64,000 nucleotides of DNA from an uncultured Candidatus Binatia bacterium. GTDB taxonomy: Bacteria; Desulfobacterota; Binatia; UBA9968; CAXXLF01. Below, piece by piece: positions 50,164 through 60,014 of the stretch. Below the pieces are notes generated by a model. That model ran no database searches and was not told where the DNA came from. It saw only the letters and a list, made by a program, of their open reading frames with translations. The stretch lies in assembly GCA_965218425.1 (NCBI GenBank), contig OZ244621.1, positions 3,712,001 through 3,776,000 on the forward strand, read 5' to 3'. The number at the start of each line of letters is the position of its first letter. Positions within the stretch are counted from its first letter, which is position 1. A program made the translations under genes and the position numbers.

Positions 50164-51234
50164 ATGTTAATCAATGCGCGGTCAATTTTTATTGGAGGTT
50201 TAGGGTGTCTGCTCTTGCAATTTGCGGCCGATGTCACCACAGCGAGTGGGGCGCCATTCTATGAAGGCAAGACCCTGGTCATGGTCCAGGGGGATGCGCC
50301 GGGTGGAACCGGGGATTTACGAACCCGGGCAGTGACCCATTATTTGCAAAAACACCTTGCCGGTAATCCCACCATCGTTCAACAATACATCCCCGGGAGT
50401 GGCGGTGTCCTGGCGGCCAATCACCTGGCCAATGTAGTCAAGCGGGACGGGCTCACTCTCGGTTACGTTCATTCCAGCGTGTACTCTCACGCCATCCTTG
50501 GGGCACCCGGTGTACGATACGATTTGAAAGACTTTATGCTGTTTGGTGGACCCACCCCAGGGGGACCTTATACACTGGTCCTTCGCCCAGCCCTAGGCAT
50601 TGATACGGTGGAAAAAATGAAGGCTTACAAAGGACTCCGCTTTGCCAACCGGTCCGTGGGGCACAGCATGTACAACATTGATCGAGTCATGGCCTTTGTC
50701 CTCGAACTGGACAACCCCAAGTGGATACTGGGCTACAGTAGCCCCGAGATCGACCCGGCTCTCGAGCGAAAGGAAGCGGATGCGCGAAGCAACAGTATTC
50801 CCTCATTCATGCGAAGGACACGTCATCTGCTGAAAGAAGGCTTTACCGTTCCAATCGTCATGAAAAACATCAAGGGAAGGGGGGCCGAAGTAGTGCCTGG
50901 ATTTCCTCAGAAGTTGCCGGTCCTTGAGCAGTTCGCCAACACCCATCTCAAGCGGGAAATCCTGCTCTTCCATCGAAATGTCCGACCTCCTGGGGGTGTC
51001 GTGGCGCTCAAGGGGATTCCCAAGGCGGCCGAAGAAGAATTGCGGCGGGCCTTCGAAAAATTGTGGAAAGATCCTGGATTTGCCAGGCATTATAAGAAGC
51101 TAACCGGGGCAGATGCCGACCCGGCCACCGGAGCGGAAATACAGAGTGCTCTTCAGAATATCCCGAAAGATCCCGAAATTGTGAGAGTTTACAAGCAATT
51201 GATCGGTGGAGGCCCGCTCCCTTCACCCAAATAA
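50164..51234 (+). CDS. TctC/Bug-like binding protein (copy 2)
   Basis: FYEGKT, PGGTGDLR, PGSGG.LAAN and RSVGHS. Confidence 0.85.
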   Translation: MLINARSIFIGGLGCLLLQFAADVTTASGAPFYEGKTLVMVQGDAPGGTGDLRTRAVTHYLQKHLAGNPTIVQQYIPGSGGVLAANHLANVVKRDGLTLGYVHSSVYSHAILGAPGVRYDLKDFMLFGGPTPGGPYTLVLRPALGIDTVEKMKAYKGLRFANRSVGHSMYNIDRVMAFVLELDNPKWILGYSSPEIDPALERKEADARSNSIPSFMRRTRHLLKEGFTVPIVMKNIKGRGAEVVPGFPQKLPVLEQFANTHLKREILLFHRNVRPPGGVVALKGIPKAAEEELRRAFEKLWKDPGFARHYKKLTGADADPATGAEIQSALQNIPKDPEIVRVYKQLIGGGPLPSPK

Positions 51235-51351
51235 CGGATTGCTAGGACATCCAATTCAAAGCCCTGGGTTTGACATTCATGACCTTGCCGGTTATTTACT
51301 CTCGAACCAGACGGATTAGAAATCTAAAACCGCTAAGAGAAAGGAACCACA

Positions 51352-52425
51352 ATGCAGCGCCTGTTTGCCACAATTGTTTCTCTGGCCATTGGTCTCTGTT
51401 ACTTGCTGTTACCGGTAGTTGTGCCGGGTGAGGGGAGTGGTGCTGAGGCGGCCTACTATGATGGAAAGACAATAAAGATTCTCTGTGGATGGCGTCCAGG
51501 TGGTACGGCCAATTTACGCGCCAAGATAACGGTTAAACATCTCAGGAAGTATTTGGGGGGAGATCCCGTATTTGTGTTTCAATTCATGCCGGGAGCTGGG
51601 GGCATTGGTGCGACTAATCACTTGGCTAAATCCGTCAGACGTGATGGCTTTACTATTGCCAGCGCCACCAGTGGAATTTTCTCCAGCGCCTTTCTTGGAG
51701 TCCCCTCGGTTCGGTACAACCTCGATGATTTTGTCATTCTGGGCGCAGGCTCCCCAGGCGGAGTGACAACCCTGTCCATTCGTCCGGAGTTAAAGATCGA
51801 CTCCATAGAAAAGCTTAAGGCCTATGAAGGATTGAGGTTTGCCAATCGCGCCGTTGGGCACAGCCTATATAACCGGGATCGAATTACCGCCTATATGTTG
51901 GGTCTCAAGAATCCCAAATGGATTCTCGGCTATAATACGTCTGAAATTCGGCTGGCCCTGGAGCGGGGTGAAGCGGACGCTTCCTTTGGCGGTATTGCAG
52001 GCCTTTTGAGACGTTCGCCCCACTGGATTAAAGAAGGGTTTACTTTTCCTGTGGTCATGAGAGATGTGAAAGGGCAGGGAGTTGAGGTCTTTCCGAAATT
52101 CCCCCAAGGTGTCCCGAGCCTCGACCAGTTTGCTGATACAAAGCTAAAAAAAGCGGTTCTTCAACTGCACTACGCCAGCACCCCCGGTGGAACGTTCTTC
52201 TTCGTGCACAAAGGGATTCCCGGCAAGGCGTTAAATATCCTCAAGAGCGCCTTCGACAAAGTATGGAAAGACCCGGGGTTTGCAGAGGAATACGAGAAGG
52301 TGACCCGACAGAAGGCCGAACCCATGACGGGTCAAGACTATATGGATCTGCTTCGTGGTCGGCCGAAGGATCCTGAGGTGACGAGGCTTTATAAACAGAT
52401 TGCCGGCCCGGGGCCACTGCCTTAA
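51352..52425 (+). CDS. TctC/Bug-like binding protein (copy 3)
   Basis: YYDGKT, PGGT, MPGAGG..ATN and RAVGHS. Confidence 0.85.
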   Translation: MQRLFATIVSLAIGLCYLLLPVVVPGEGSGAEAAYYDGKTIKILCGWRPGGTANLRAKITVKHLRKYLGGDPVFVFQFMPGAGGIGATNHLAKSVRRDGFTIASATSGIFSSAFLGVPSVRYNLDDFVILGAGSPGGVTTLSIRPELKIDSIEKLKAYEGLRFANRAVGHSLYNRDRITAYMLGLKNPKWILGYNTSEIRLALERGEADASFGGIAGLLRRSPHWIKEGFTFPVVMRDVKGQGVEVFPKFPQGVPSLDQFADTKLKKAVLQLHYASTPGGTFFFVHKGIPGKALNILKSAFDKVWKDPGFAEEYEKVTRQKAEPMTGQDYMDLLRGRPKDPEVTRLYKQIAGPGPLP

Positions 52426-52554
52426 AGTATGCGATCATTACCTTCGTAGCAGTCCATGGCGAGAACAGAGCACATTGAGCGACATCAAAAATATTTCAAG
52501 GGTGAATAGATTAGAAGTTAGCAATTTTAAAATTCTACAATGGAGGAAACGATT

Positions 52555-53625
52555 ATGAGATTTAGCTTAACCAGGATTCCTATCATGGCTGTATGCATTT
52601 GGCTTGCCCTGCCCCTCATTGCAACGTTGGGAGAAGCGCAAGCCGGGTACTACACGGGGAAGACGATAAAAATCCTTGAAGGTCGGCGGCCCGGCGGCAC
52701 GGGTAGCCTGCGCACAACCAGCACGGTCAAACATCTGAAGAAGCACCTAGGCTTTGGTGCTGCTGTATTTCAATATATCCCAGGGGCCGGGGGTACGGCT
52801 GCGGCCAATCAAATTGCCAATAAGGCGAGACGGGATGGATTTACGTTGGGTAATTCCAGCAGTGGCATTTTTTCTCGTTCGATATTGGGTGCCAGAGGTG
52901 TTCGTTACAAACTCGAGGACCTCGCTATTTTGGGTGCCGGCTCTCCAGGTGGCGTCCTTTCCTTAACGGTCCGTCCCGGACTCAAGATTACCTCCGTGGA
53001 ACAGCTGAGGTCTAAAAAGGGGTTTCGATTCGGCAACCGTTCTGTGGGTCATAGCCTCTATAACGCCGATCGAATAACTGCCTTTATCATCGGCATGAAG
53101 GAACCCAGATGGGTTCTTGGCTATAGTTCCAGTGAAGTTCGGTTGGCAATGGGGCGTGAAGAAATCGATATGTATATGGCGGGAGTAGCCGGACTCATCC
53201 GTGATGCGCCCCATTGGCTAAACGAAGGTTTCACTTTTCCCGCCCAGATGAGGGATGTCTTGGGACAAGGGGTCGAAGACTATCCCAGTATGCCGCAAAA
53301 GATTCCGACTCTCGCAGAGCTTGCCGATACCAAGATTAAAAAGGATATTCTACGGCTCCACAATGCTACCACTCCGGGAGGATCGCTCTTCTACGTGCGC
53401 AAGGATATACCCGAGGAGGCTCTCAAGGAGCTAAGGGCCGCGTTCGATAAGGTCTGGAAGGATCCAGAATTTCTCAAGGACTACAAGCGATTTACTCGGC
53501 AAGCGGCAAGCCCAGTTTTGGGAGAGGATTACGAAAGATTTCTTCGCAACCGTCCCAGAGACCCGCATGTGTTGAAGGTCTATAAACAGCTCACGGAAGC
53601 GGGTCCTCTTCCCTCGGGCAAGTAA
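52555..53625 (+). CDS. TctC/Bug-like binding protein (copy 4)
   Basis: YYTGKT, PGGTGSLR, PGAGGTAAAN and RSVGHS. Confidence 0.85.
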   Translation: MRFSLTRIPIMAVCIWLALPLIATLGEAQAGYYTGKTIKILEGRRPGGTGSLRTTSTVKHLKKHLGFGAAVFQYIPGAGGTAAANQIANKARRDGFTLGNSSSGIFSRSILGARGVRYKLEDLAILGAGSPGGVLSLTVRPGLKITSVEQLRSKKGFRFGNRSVGHSLYNADRITAFIIGMKEPRWVLGYSSSEVRLAMGREEIDMYMAGVAGLIRDAPHWLNEGFTFPAQMRDVLGQGVEDYPSMPQKIPTLAELADTKIKKDILRLHNATTPGGSLFYVRKDIPEEALKELRAAFDKVWKDPEFLKDYKRFTRQAASPVLGEDYERFLRNRPRDPHVLKVYKQLTEAGPLPSGK

Positions 53626-53706
53626 AGGTGCGATTGTATAACTACACTTGCTCCCTTTGAGGGACCATTGACCTTTGTTTGATCCTTGAGGTCGTGCTTT
53701 CTAGGG

Positions 53707-54858
53707 ATGACAACGATGCAGGTAACATTCGACGATTTTGTCCATGCCGGGCCTGACACCCTTGCGGGCAGGTATTTGCGTACTTTCTGGTCCCCCGTGT
53801 ATCGATCCCAGGACCTTGCTCCCGGGGAAGTGTTTCCCATAAAGATTATGTGCGAAAAGTTCGCCTTGTATCGAGGGCAGGAGGGAAATCCGCATCTGCT
53901 GGCTCCCACCTGCGCCCACCGGGGGGCTCCATTGTACGTCGGTTCAGTAGAAAATGACTCGCTGCGGTGCATGTACCACGGCTGGAAGTATGACGGTTTC
54001 GGACAGTGTGTGGAGCAGCCGAGGGAAGACCCCGCTCTGTGCGACAATGTCAGAGTCCGAAGCTATCCCACCCACGAGTACCTTGGGGTTATTTTTGCTT
54101 TTCTGGGTGAAGGAGAACCGCCGCCCTTTAGACGTTTCGCCGATCTTGAGAAGCCAGGCGTATTGGAGGCCTGTATCCCGGAGTACTGGCCCTGCAATTA
54201 TTTCAATCGGCTGGACAACGCCTGCGACCTTGCCCACGTCGCCTTTACTCACCGTGAGGCTATTTCTCGGGCCGGAAGGTCCGACCGCCTGGGGGCCGGT
54301 GAGGTGAAGGTGGAAGAGACCGATTACGGTGTCAGGTGTGTTTGCGAGGATCCCCCGCAGACAACCCGATTTCATATGCCCAATATTAATCTGGTTAAGG
54401 CCAACGTGCGGGTTGAAGGCTCCATGCAGGATGCTGCTACCCTGGCTGTGGACCGCCTTTCGTGGCGTGTTCCCGTGGATGATGAAAATACCGTGAGCTT
54501 CAGCGTCGATCTCATGCATGTGGAAGGTGAGGAAGCGGTGAGATATCAAGAGCGTAGAAAAAAGACAGAGGAATTGGGAAAAACGATATCGCCAACGGCC
54601 ATGGGTGATGCCATTCTTGCCGGTAAAATAAAGGAAAAGGATTTGGAGAAGGGCTTGAGTACGGCCACCCTTTTCTCTGTGGAGGACTATCTGATACAGG
54701 TGGGGCAAGGGGCAGTGGACCGCTCACAGGACCGTCTAGGCCGTAGCGACATAGGCGTAATGCTGCTACGCAAAATTTGGGAACGTGAGTTACTGGCGTT
54801 TGCTGAAGGGCGACCCCTCAAGGAGTGGAAAACGGCCCCGGCAGAGCCGGGAAGGTAG
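53707..54858 (+). CDS. Rieske non-heme iron oxygenase alpha subunit (phthalate 4,5-dioxygenase/LigX-like)
   Basis: GPDTLAGRYLR.FW.P, Rieske motif CAHRG...CMYHGW, mononuclear Fe motif DLAHVAFTH, VPVDD and QG...DRLG.SD.G. Confidence 0.92.
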   Translation: MTTMQVTFDDFVHAGPDTLAGRYLRTFWSPVYRSQDLAPGEVFPIKIMCEKFALYRGQEGNPHLLAPTCAHRGAPLYVGSVENDSLRCMYHGWKYDGFGQCVEQPREDPALCDNVRVRSYPTHEYLGVIFAFLGEGEPPPFRRFADLEKPGVLEACIPEYWPCNYFNRLDNACDLAHVAFTHREAISRAGRSDRLGAGEVKVEETDYGVRCVCEDPPQTTRFHMPNINLVKANVRVEGSMQDAATLAVDRLSWRVPVDDENTVSFSVDLMHVEGEEAVRYQERRKKTEELGKTISPTAMGDAILAGKIKEKDLEKGLSTATLFSVEDYLIQVGQGAVDRSQDRLGRSDIGVMLLRKIWERELLAFAEGRPLKEWKTAPAEPGR

Positions 54859-54869
54859 AAAGGGCTCCC

Positions 54870-55976
54870 ATGGGTTCCAAGCTGTTAGCTGCGGTCAAGG
54901 TTGGACGCCAAAAAACCGAGGTCCGAGAGTTTCCAATTCCCGATGTGCCGCCGGATGCGGGTCTGTTGAAGGTGGAGGCGGTGGGGGTGTGCGGCACGGA
55001 CGTGCATACCTATTCGGAGGTCCTGGCCGCTAATCCCTTCATCATGGGACATGAAAACGTAGGCACCATTGCCCATATCGGTAGGCTGGCAGCCCAAGGT
55101 TGGGGTTTGAAAGAGGGAGACCGGGTCCTGGCTGAAGGCTATCGCGTATGCGGCCACTGCGACTCCTGCCTATCCGGCTACTTTGGTTTCTGCCCAAAGG
55201 AGGGAGGACAGGACCATCCCCCGGGAGATAGCGTGGAATCGTTAATTCGTTTTCAGCCGTCTCGTGGAGGAGGCTTTAGCCAGTACCTTTATCTTCATCC
55301 AGGAACGAGGCTTCACAAAATCCCGGAAGGAGTCCCTTCCGAACACGCAACACTGGGCATACCCTTTGGTAACGGTTGGCAGTGGGCCTATTTTGATGGC
55401 GGCATCGGTCCCGGCAAGAGCGTCTTGATTCAGGGGCCTGGCCAGCAGGGCTTGGGTTGTATACTCGCTTCCAGGGAGGCCGGTGCCGATTGCATTATTG
55501 CATCGGGGCTTGGGCGGGACAAGCATCGACTAGAGGTGGCGCGTGGACTGGGAGCCCATCATGCGATCAACGTCGAAAAGCATGATCTCGTCAAGTCCGT
55601 CAAAGAGATCACCGGTGGCCGTGGAGTAGATCTGGCCATCGACGTGGCAACAGGGGGCCCGGCCACGGTATTGCCCGCCCTCGATACCCTTGCGGTACAA
55701 GGGTTGTTGATCGTGGTCCCCAGAGGAGACCCGATCCACCCCTTTCCTTTGGACCTGATTCAACGAAAGTGCCTTACCCTCAAGGGGGTACGAGGGCATA
55801 GTTATCAGGCTGTGGAGATGGCCCTTCGGGTTATCGCATCGGGAGAGTATCCACTGCACCGGTTGGGCAGCCACCGATTCGGTCTCGGTCAAGTGGACAC
55901 CGCCATTCGTTCCGTGGCCGGCGAAGGTCCCGAAGATGTGATTCACGTTACGGTGGATCCCTGGATTACCCCCTAG
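54870..55976 (+). CDS. Zn-dependent alcohol dehydrogenase (MDR family)
   Basis: GVCGTD, GHE, CGHCDSC..G...FC and GPGQQG. Confidence 0.92.
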   Translation: MGSKLLAAVKVGRQKTEVREFPIPDVPPDAGLLKVEAVGVCGTDVHTYSEVLAANPFIMGHENVGTIAHIGRLAAQGWGLKEGDRVLAEGYRVCGHCDSCLSGYFGFCPKEGGQDHPPGDSVESLIRFQPSRGGGFSQYLYLHPGTRLHKIPEGVPSEHATLGIPFGNGWQWAYFDGGIGPGKSVLIQGPGQQGLGCILASREAGADCIIASGLGRDKHRLEVARGLGAHHAINVEKHDLVKSVKEITGGRGVDLAIDVATGGPATVLPALDTLAVQGLLIVVPRGDPIHPFPLDLIQRKCLTLKGVRGHSYQAVEMALRVIASGEYPLHRLGSHRFGLGQVDTAIRSVAGEGPEDVIHVTVDPWITP

Positions 55977-56250
55977 ATTTATCACAACAGTGACCCGAAA
56001 TAGAGAGCTATTCGTCCTAGCGACGCCATGGCCGGCGACCCTGTGGCTGCAACCGCCTCACAGGCAATTAGGGTAGTGTACAGAAGCCCTCAATCATTCC
56101 CGGACAACCATTCGCATCATCGACGCTCATGGTTTGCGTTCTCCCGTTCGTGCCGATGCAGGTGATGAAACCGGATATGGTCACCGCGAGAAACGTCCGC
56201 CAGTATAGGTGACATGATGGTTTGGTAAATCGGAGATCCGAAGAGGAACC

Positions 56251-57453
56251 ATGAGAATAACCAATCTATGGAATCCCATTGGCTGGGTTGTCATTGCAGT
56301 TACATTTTGTCTTATGTTTGGGGCGTTAGCTCTTCAGAGTAGAAGCGGCGCTGCACTGCAGGAACCCAAAGGGTCAATGAGGCCTTCAACTCCCGAGACA
56401 AGATTTACGGGTGGCTTCCAAATTAAAACTCTCGCTTCGGGTCTGGAGACACCCTGGGATTTGAGTTGGGGACCGAAAAATAGGATCTGGATAACCGAGC
56501 GCAAGGGGACCATTTCTCGTATAAATCCCGTCAATGGACAGGTCACCCGTGCCGGTAGGATCAATGCCATTGAAGTTAGTGAAAGCGGTTTGATGGGCTT
56601 GGCCTTCCACCCCGACTTCTCTTCCCGGCCTTATGTTTACGTAGTCTATTCTTACGGCTCCAATGGAAGCATCAAGAATCGACTTGTACGTTTGCGATTC
56701 GATGGCGTTTCCCTTGGTCAACCCGAAATCTTGTTGAACCGAATCCCAGGCGCTCCCAATCACAATGGAGCCAGACTGGCGGTTGGGCCCGATGGATACC
56801 TCTACGTCACTACCGGTGACGCACAAAACGTCAAACAGGCCCAACAGCACGGCTCCCTTGCCGGTAAGGTTCTTCGTCTGACCATGGACGGGCAGCCGGC
56901 ACCGGGAAACCCGTTCAATAATGCCGTTTACTCCTTCGGCCATCGCAATCCGCAGGGAATCGCATTCAATCCCGTGACCCATGCCCTGTACATTACCGAG
57001 CATGGACCTGCCGATAACGATGAGGTCAATGGAGTCAAAAAAGGAGGAAACTACGGTTGGCCAGAGGTTCGTGGGTTTTGTGATGGTGACGTTTGGGGCG
57101 AGGAGAAATTTTGTCGGAAAAATAAGGTGGTGGAACCACTGGCGGTCTGGACTCCTACCATCGCTCCATCGGGGTTGGACTTTTATAACTCGGAGCTATT
57201 TCCCGGCTGGAAGGGGAGTTTGCTGTTTACAACATTAAAGGGATCCGCTCTTTACCGCCTGGTCTTGTCCCCGGATGGTAATCGAGTTATAAGAGAGGAA
57301 AAATTCTTTGAGGATTGGTTCGGTCGCCTGCGTGATGTCCTAGTTGGTCCCGATGGAGAAATTTATTTAGCCACAAGTAACCGGGACGGTAGGGCATGGC
57401 CGAGTTCGGACGACGACCGAATCTTACGGATAAGGCCTCGACTGAAAAACTAG
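56251..57453 (+). CDS. PQQ-dependent sugar dehydrogenase (GSDH/YliI family), exported
   Basis: GLETPW, ESGLMGLAFHPDF, HNGARL, GHRNPQG, NYGWP and GRLRDV. Confidence 0.92.
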   Translation: MRITNLWNPIGWVVIAVTFCLMFGALALQSRSGAALQEPKGSMRPSTPETRFTGGFQIKTLASGLETPWDLSWGPKNRIWITERKGTISRINPVNGQVTRAGRINAIEVSESGLMGLAFHPDFSSRPYVYVVYSYGSNGSIKNRLVRLRFDGVSLGQPEILLNRIPGAPNHNGARLAVGPDGYLYVTTGDAQNVKQAQQHGSLAGKVLRLTMDGQPAPGNPFNNAVYSFGHRNPQGIAFNPVTHALYITEHGPADNDEVNGVKKGGNYGWPEVRGFCDGDVWGEEKFCRKNKVVEPLAVWTPTIAPSGLDFYNSELFPGWKGSLLFTTLKGSALYRLVLSPDGNRVIREEKFFEDWFGRLRDVLVGPDGEIYLATSNRDGRAWPSSDDDRILRIRPRLKN

Positions 57454-57481
57454 ATTGGCAAGGGTTTGTTTCTTATCTTCT

Positions 57482-57961
57482 ATGGGAAACCAATTGAAAT
57501 ACCTGGCCGGAGCCGTCTTTTTGATACTTTTGTTGGGTGCCATTCTTGATGTTTGGAAAAAACACAGTTACGGACAAACCTCATGCTCACCTACGGCCGG
57601 TGATATTGAGGGACCGTACTATTTGCCGGGTGCTCCGGTCCGTTCTAGAATTGGCAACGGGTTGATCATAAAAGGGATGGTTCAGAGCAGCGAAAATTGC
57701 GATGTGCTACCAAGTGCAAGAATAGAATGGTGGCAGGTTAACCTGGATGGCGTCTACGACGACGCCCACAGGGCGACTTTATATACGAGTAAGCGGGGTA
57801 ACTACAGGCTTGAGACCCATTCCCCCGTCTCCTATTTTCGCCGCCCTCCCCATGTCCATGTTAAGGTGTTTGCCCCAGGCCATGAAGTCCTGACGACGCA
57901 AATCTATCCCAAGGCGGATGAGACTGAGATTCGGTTCGACTTTGTGTTGAGAAAAAGATAA
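57482..57961 (+). CDS. Intradiol ring-cleavage dioxygenase-like protein with N-terminal signal/anchor
   Basis: EGPYY, WQ.N.DG.Y, RPPHVHVKV and LTTQIY. Confidence 0.85.
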   Translation: MGNQLKYLAGAVFLILLLGAILDVWKKHSYGQTSCSPTAGDIEGPYYLPGAPVRSRIGNGLIIKGMVQSSENCDVLPSARIEWWQVNLDGVYDDAHRATLYTSKRGNYRLETHSPVSYFRRPPHVHVKVFAPGHEVLTTQIYPKADETEIRFDFVLRKR

Positions 57962-57979
57962 TGAGAATTAGGAGGTCCC

Positions 57980-58393
57980 ATGGAAAGGTTTCTTGGAAAC
58001 TACTCCACGTATCTCTATGCCATCATGCGAATCGTAGTGGGTCTACTATTTGCTTGCAACGGGGCACGTAAGCTCTTTGGGATCTTTGGAGGGATGGGAG
58101 GAAGCGGGGAAGCCGCTCCTCTTCTTTCTCTAATGGGCTTGGCGGGGGCCATCGAGTTCTTTACGGGGGTACTGGTTGCAGTGGGTTTTCTCACAGGATA
58201 TGCAGCTTTTGTGGCCAGTGGTCAAATGGCAGTGGGTTATTTTATGGCTCATTTCCCCAATGGGTTTTGGCCCATCCTAAACGGTGGGGAAAGGGCTGTT
58301 TTTTATTGCTTTTTCTTTCTCTATGTAGCCAGCCAGGGAGCGGTGACCTGGGGCGTTGACTGTATTTTCAGGAAGCCGAACGGGGGTTCATGA
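57980..58393 (+). CDS. DoxX-family membrane protein
   Basis: RIVVGLLF...GARKLFG, AGAIEF, MAVGYF.AH and NGGE. Confidence 0.9.
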   Translation: MERFLGNYSTYLYAIMRIVVGLLFACNGARKLFGIFGGMGGSGEAAPLLSLMGLAGAIEFFTGVLVAVGFLTGYAAFVASGQMAVGYFMAHFPNGFWPILNGGERAVFYCFFFLYVASQGAVTWGVDCIFRKPNGGS

Positions 58394-58470
58394 TCAGATA
58401 TGTCGCGACCCTCACGAATGAAGACCGTCCGATGTGAGCCCCCGTCGCCGGTTGATCGTCTTGGAAGCGA

Positions 58471-58968
58471 TTACCTTTTCCGATATCGGCCGCGCCCGCG
58501 ACTCCCTGAGAGTGAGCGCCTGAACCAGCGGTCGGCTTTTTTGATTTGCTCAGGACTAAGAACGTTGCGTGTGGTGAGCACTGTATCCGTACGCAACCGC
58601 AGACGCCGCTGGCTGAGTTTTCCGATCTCATCCAATTTTGCGCTGATTTTGTCTTGATCGACTTTCTCCTGGGTCACAAGCTCGCCCAGCTCGATGCGGG
58701 CCACTCTCAGATCGGCCCTGAGCTTTATGGACTTTTTCCGTGCCTCCCTCAGTATTCCACGGACCTCTTTGGCCTGCTCGTCACTCAGTCCAAGCCGATC
58801 TTGCATTCGTTCCATACCGCGGCCGCGCCGCCCTCTACCGGCGCTTCTGACATTAACCGGTCTCGTTTCGGATACTGCCGTCCCGCTATCGGGCGCCTGG
58901 CCGAGGGCGGTGTCCGCGAACAGGCCCATTGCGAACAAAGGGATCATCAGGATCGGGATCTTTTTCAT
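58471..58968 (-). CDS. Spy/CpxP/ZraP-like periplasmic protein (LTxxQ motifs)
   Basis: Signal peptide, LGLSDEQ and VLSPEQ. RBS AAGGAGG. Confidence 0.85.
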   Translation of the reverse strand: MKKIPILMIPLFAMGLFADTALGQAPDSGTAVSETRPVNVRSAGRGRRGRGMERMQDRLGLSDEQAKEVRGILREARKKSIKLRADLRVARIELGELVTQEKVDQDKISAKLDEIGKLSQRRLRLRTDTVLTTRNVLSPEQIKKADRWFRRSLSGSRGRGRYRKR

Positions 58969-59107
58969 ACTGTCCTCCTTTAGGAATCGGTTTGTGGTGA
59001 TTAGACGGTACCGGGTTCCAGGTGTATAGGGTCCTAGGGCAAGTACATTCGGATTGAATTAAAATCGTGAATTAGGCTAGAGATGAGAGGCAACTACAAG
59101 AGTCCCC

Positions 59108-59557
59108 TTACTGAATAGGTGCGCTGCTTTTTAGGGATTGAATCCTGCGTTGAATGCGTTCCCTGCGGTGTGTGCGGCGTTCGCGGAACGTCTTGGTGAA
59201 CTCTTCTAATTTCTCAATCTGTTTTGGTTCTAGCAGTGGCTTAATTTGTGTTTCCAGTTTGGCAATAATTTTGTTGGCATCCTCGTAGGAACCAAGACGT
59301 ACGGTAAGTAACTCGATACGTGCTTCGGTAATGCTCGGTGTAATCCGAGTCTTTTGCCGCTCGGACAAGTTGAGCTCCTTGGATAACTTTGCAACGAATT
59401 TACGGTCGTACCGGCTGCCGGATTTGCTGCGCCCATATTTACCTTCGTATTTACCTCCGGACCCATAGACTGTTGGGTAGAACCTTCCCAGCAGGACTCC
59501 ACTCAGGAGGCCGATGATGAATACTCCTAGGACTACGGTGAGGGCCTTCCATTTCAT
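59108..59557 (-). CDS. Membrane-anchored Spy/CpxP-like helical protein
   Basis: N-terminal TM, ELNLSERQ and LLEPKQ. Confidence 0.78.
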   Translation of the reverse strand: MKWKALTVVLGVFIIGLLSGVLLGRFYPTVYGSGGKYEGKYGRSKSGSRYDRKFVAKLSKELNLSERQKTRITPSITEARIELLTVRLGSYEDANKIIAKLETQIKPLLEPKQIEKLEEFTKTFRERRTHRRERIQRRIQSLKSSAPIQ

Positions 59558-60012
59558 CATTGATTGGCCCCTAACCAAGAATTTAGAATGGCGTCCGGTT
59601 CCTCACTTAGCGGCCCTAGCCTGCCGGAGCCATTTTCCACCATGGCGATGATAGAGATATTGGCGTCCTGTGACTCAATTTCCGGCGCCCAGAAGAAGAC
59701 CCCCCCTGCGATAAGGAGCAAAATAAGGGCAAAGGCAGGTGCGAGGCGTCGGCCCAATAGAACGAACAACGAACCGAAGGATTCACGCCGATCCAATTGT
59801 TCCTGGATCTTTGCCGCAACCCCCGGCCAAAGAGACCTTGAGGGCACGGCTACGGGGGCGGCTGCAAAAATCCGTTGCCAGAATTTTTCTTCCTGAACAA
59901 ATAGTTGACAATTCACGCAGGATTGATAGTGCTCCTCCAGCCCCCCGGGCAGGTTGCGTGTTAGGATTGCATCTTCGAGTTTCAAAGTGTCTTTAAATTC
60001 TTCACACTTCAT
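59557..60012 (-). CDS. Zinc-binding (ZAS) membrane anti-sigma factor
   Basis: MKCEE...HYQSCVNC (HxxxCxxC) and a single TM. Directly downstream of the ECF sigma gene. Confidence 0.82.
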   Translation of the reverse strand: MKCEEFKDTLKLEDAILTRNLPGGLEEHYQSCVNCQLFVQEEKFWQRIFAAAPVAVPSRSLWPGVAAKIQEQLDRRESFGSLFVLLGRRLAPAFALILLLIAGGVFFWAPEIESQDANISIIAMVENGSGRLGPLSEEPDAILNSWLGANQ

Positions 60013-60014
60013 CG

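Noticed and set aside
55977..56250. Possible ncRNA or small gene in the spacer
   Set aside because: No recognisable RNA family or coherent ORF.
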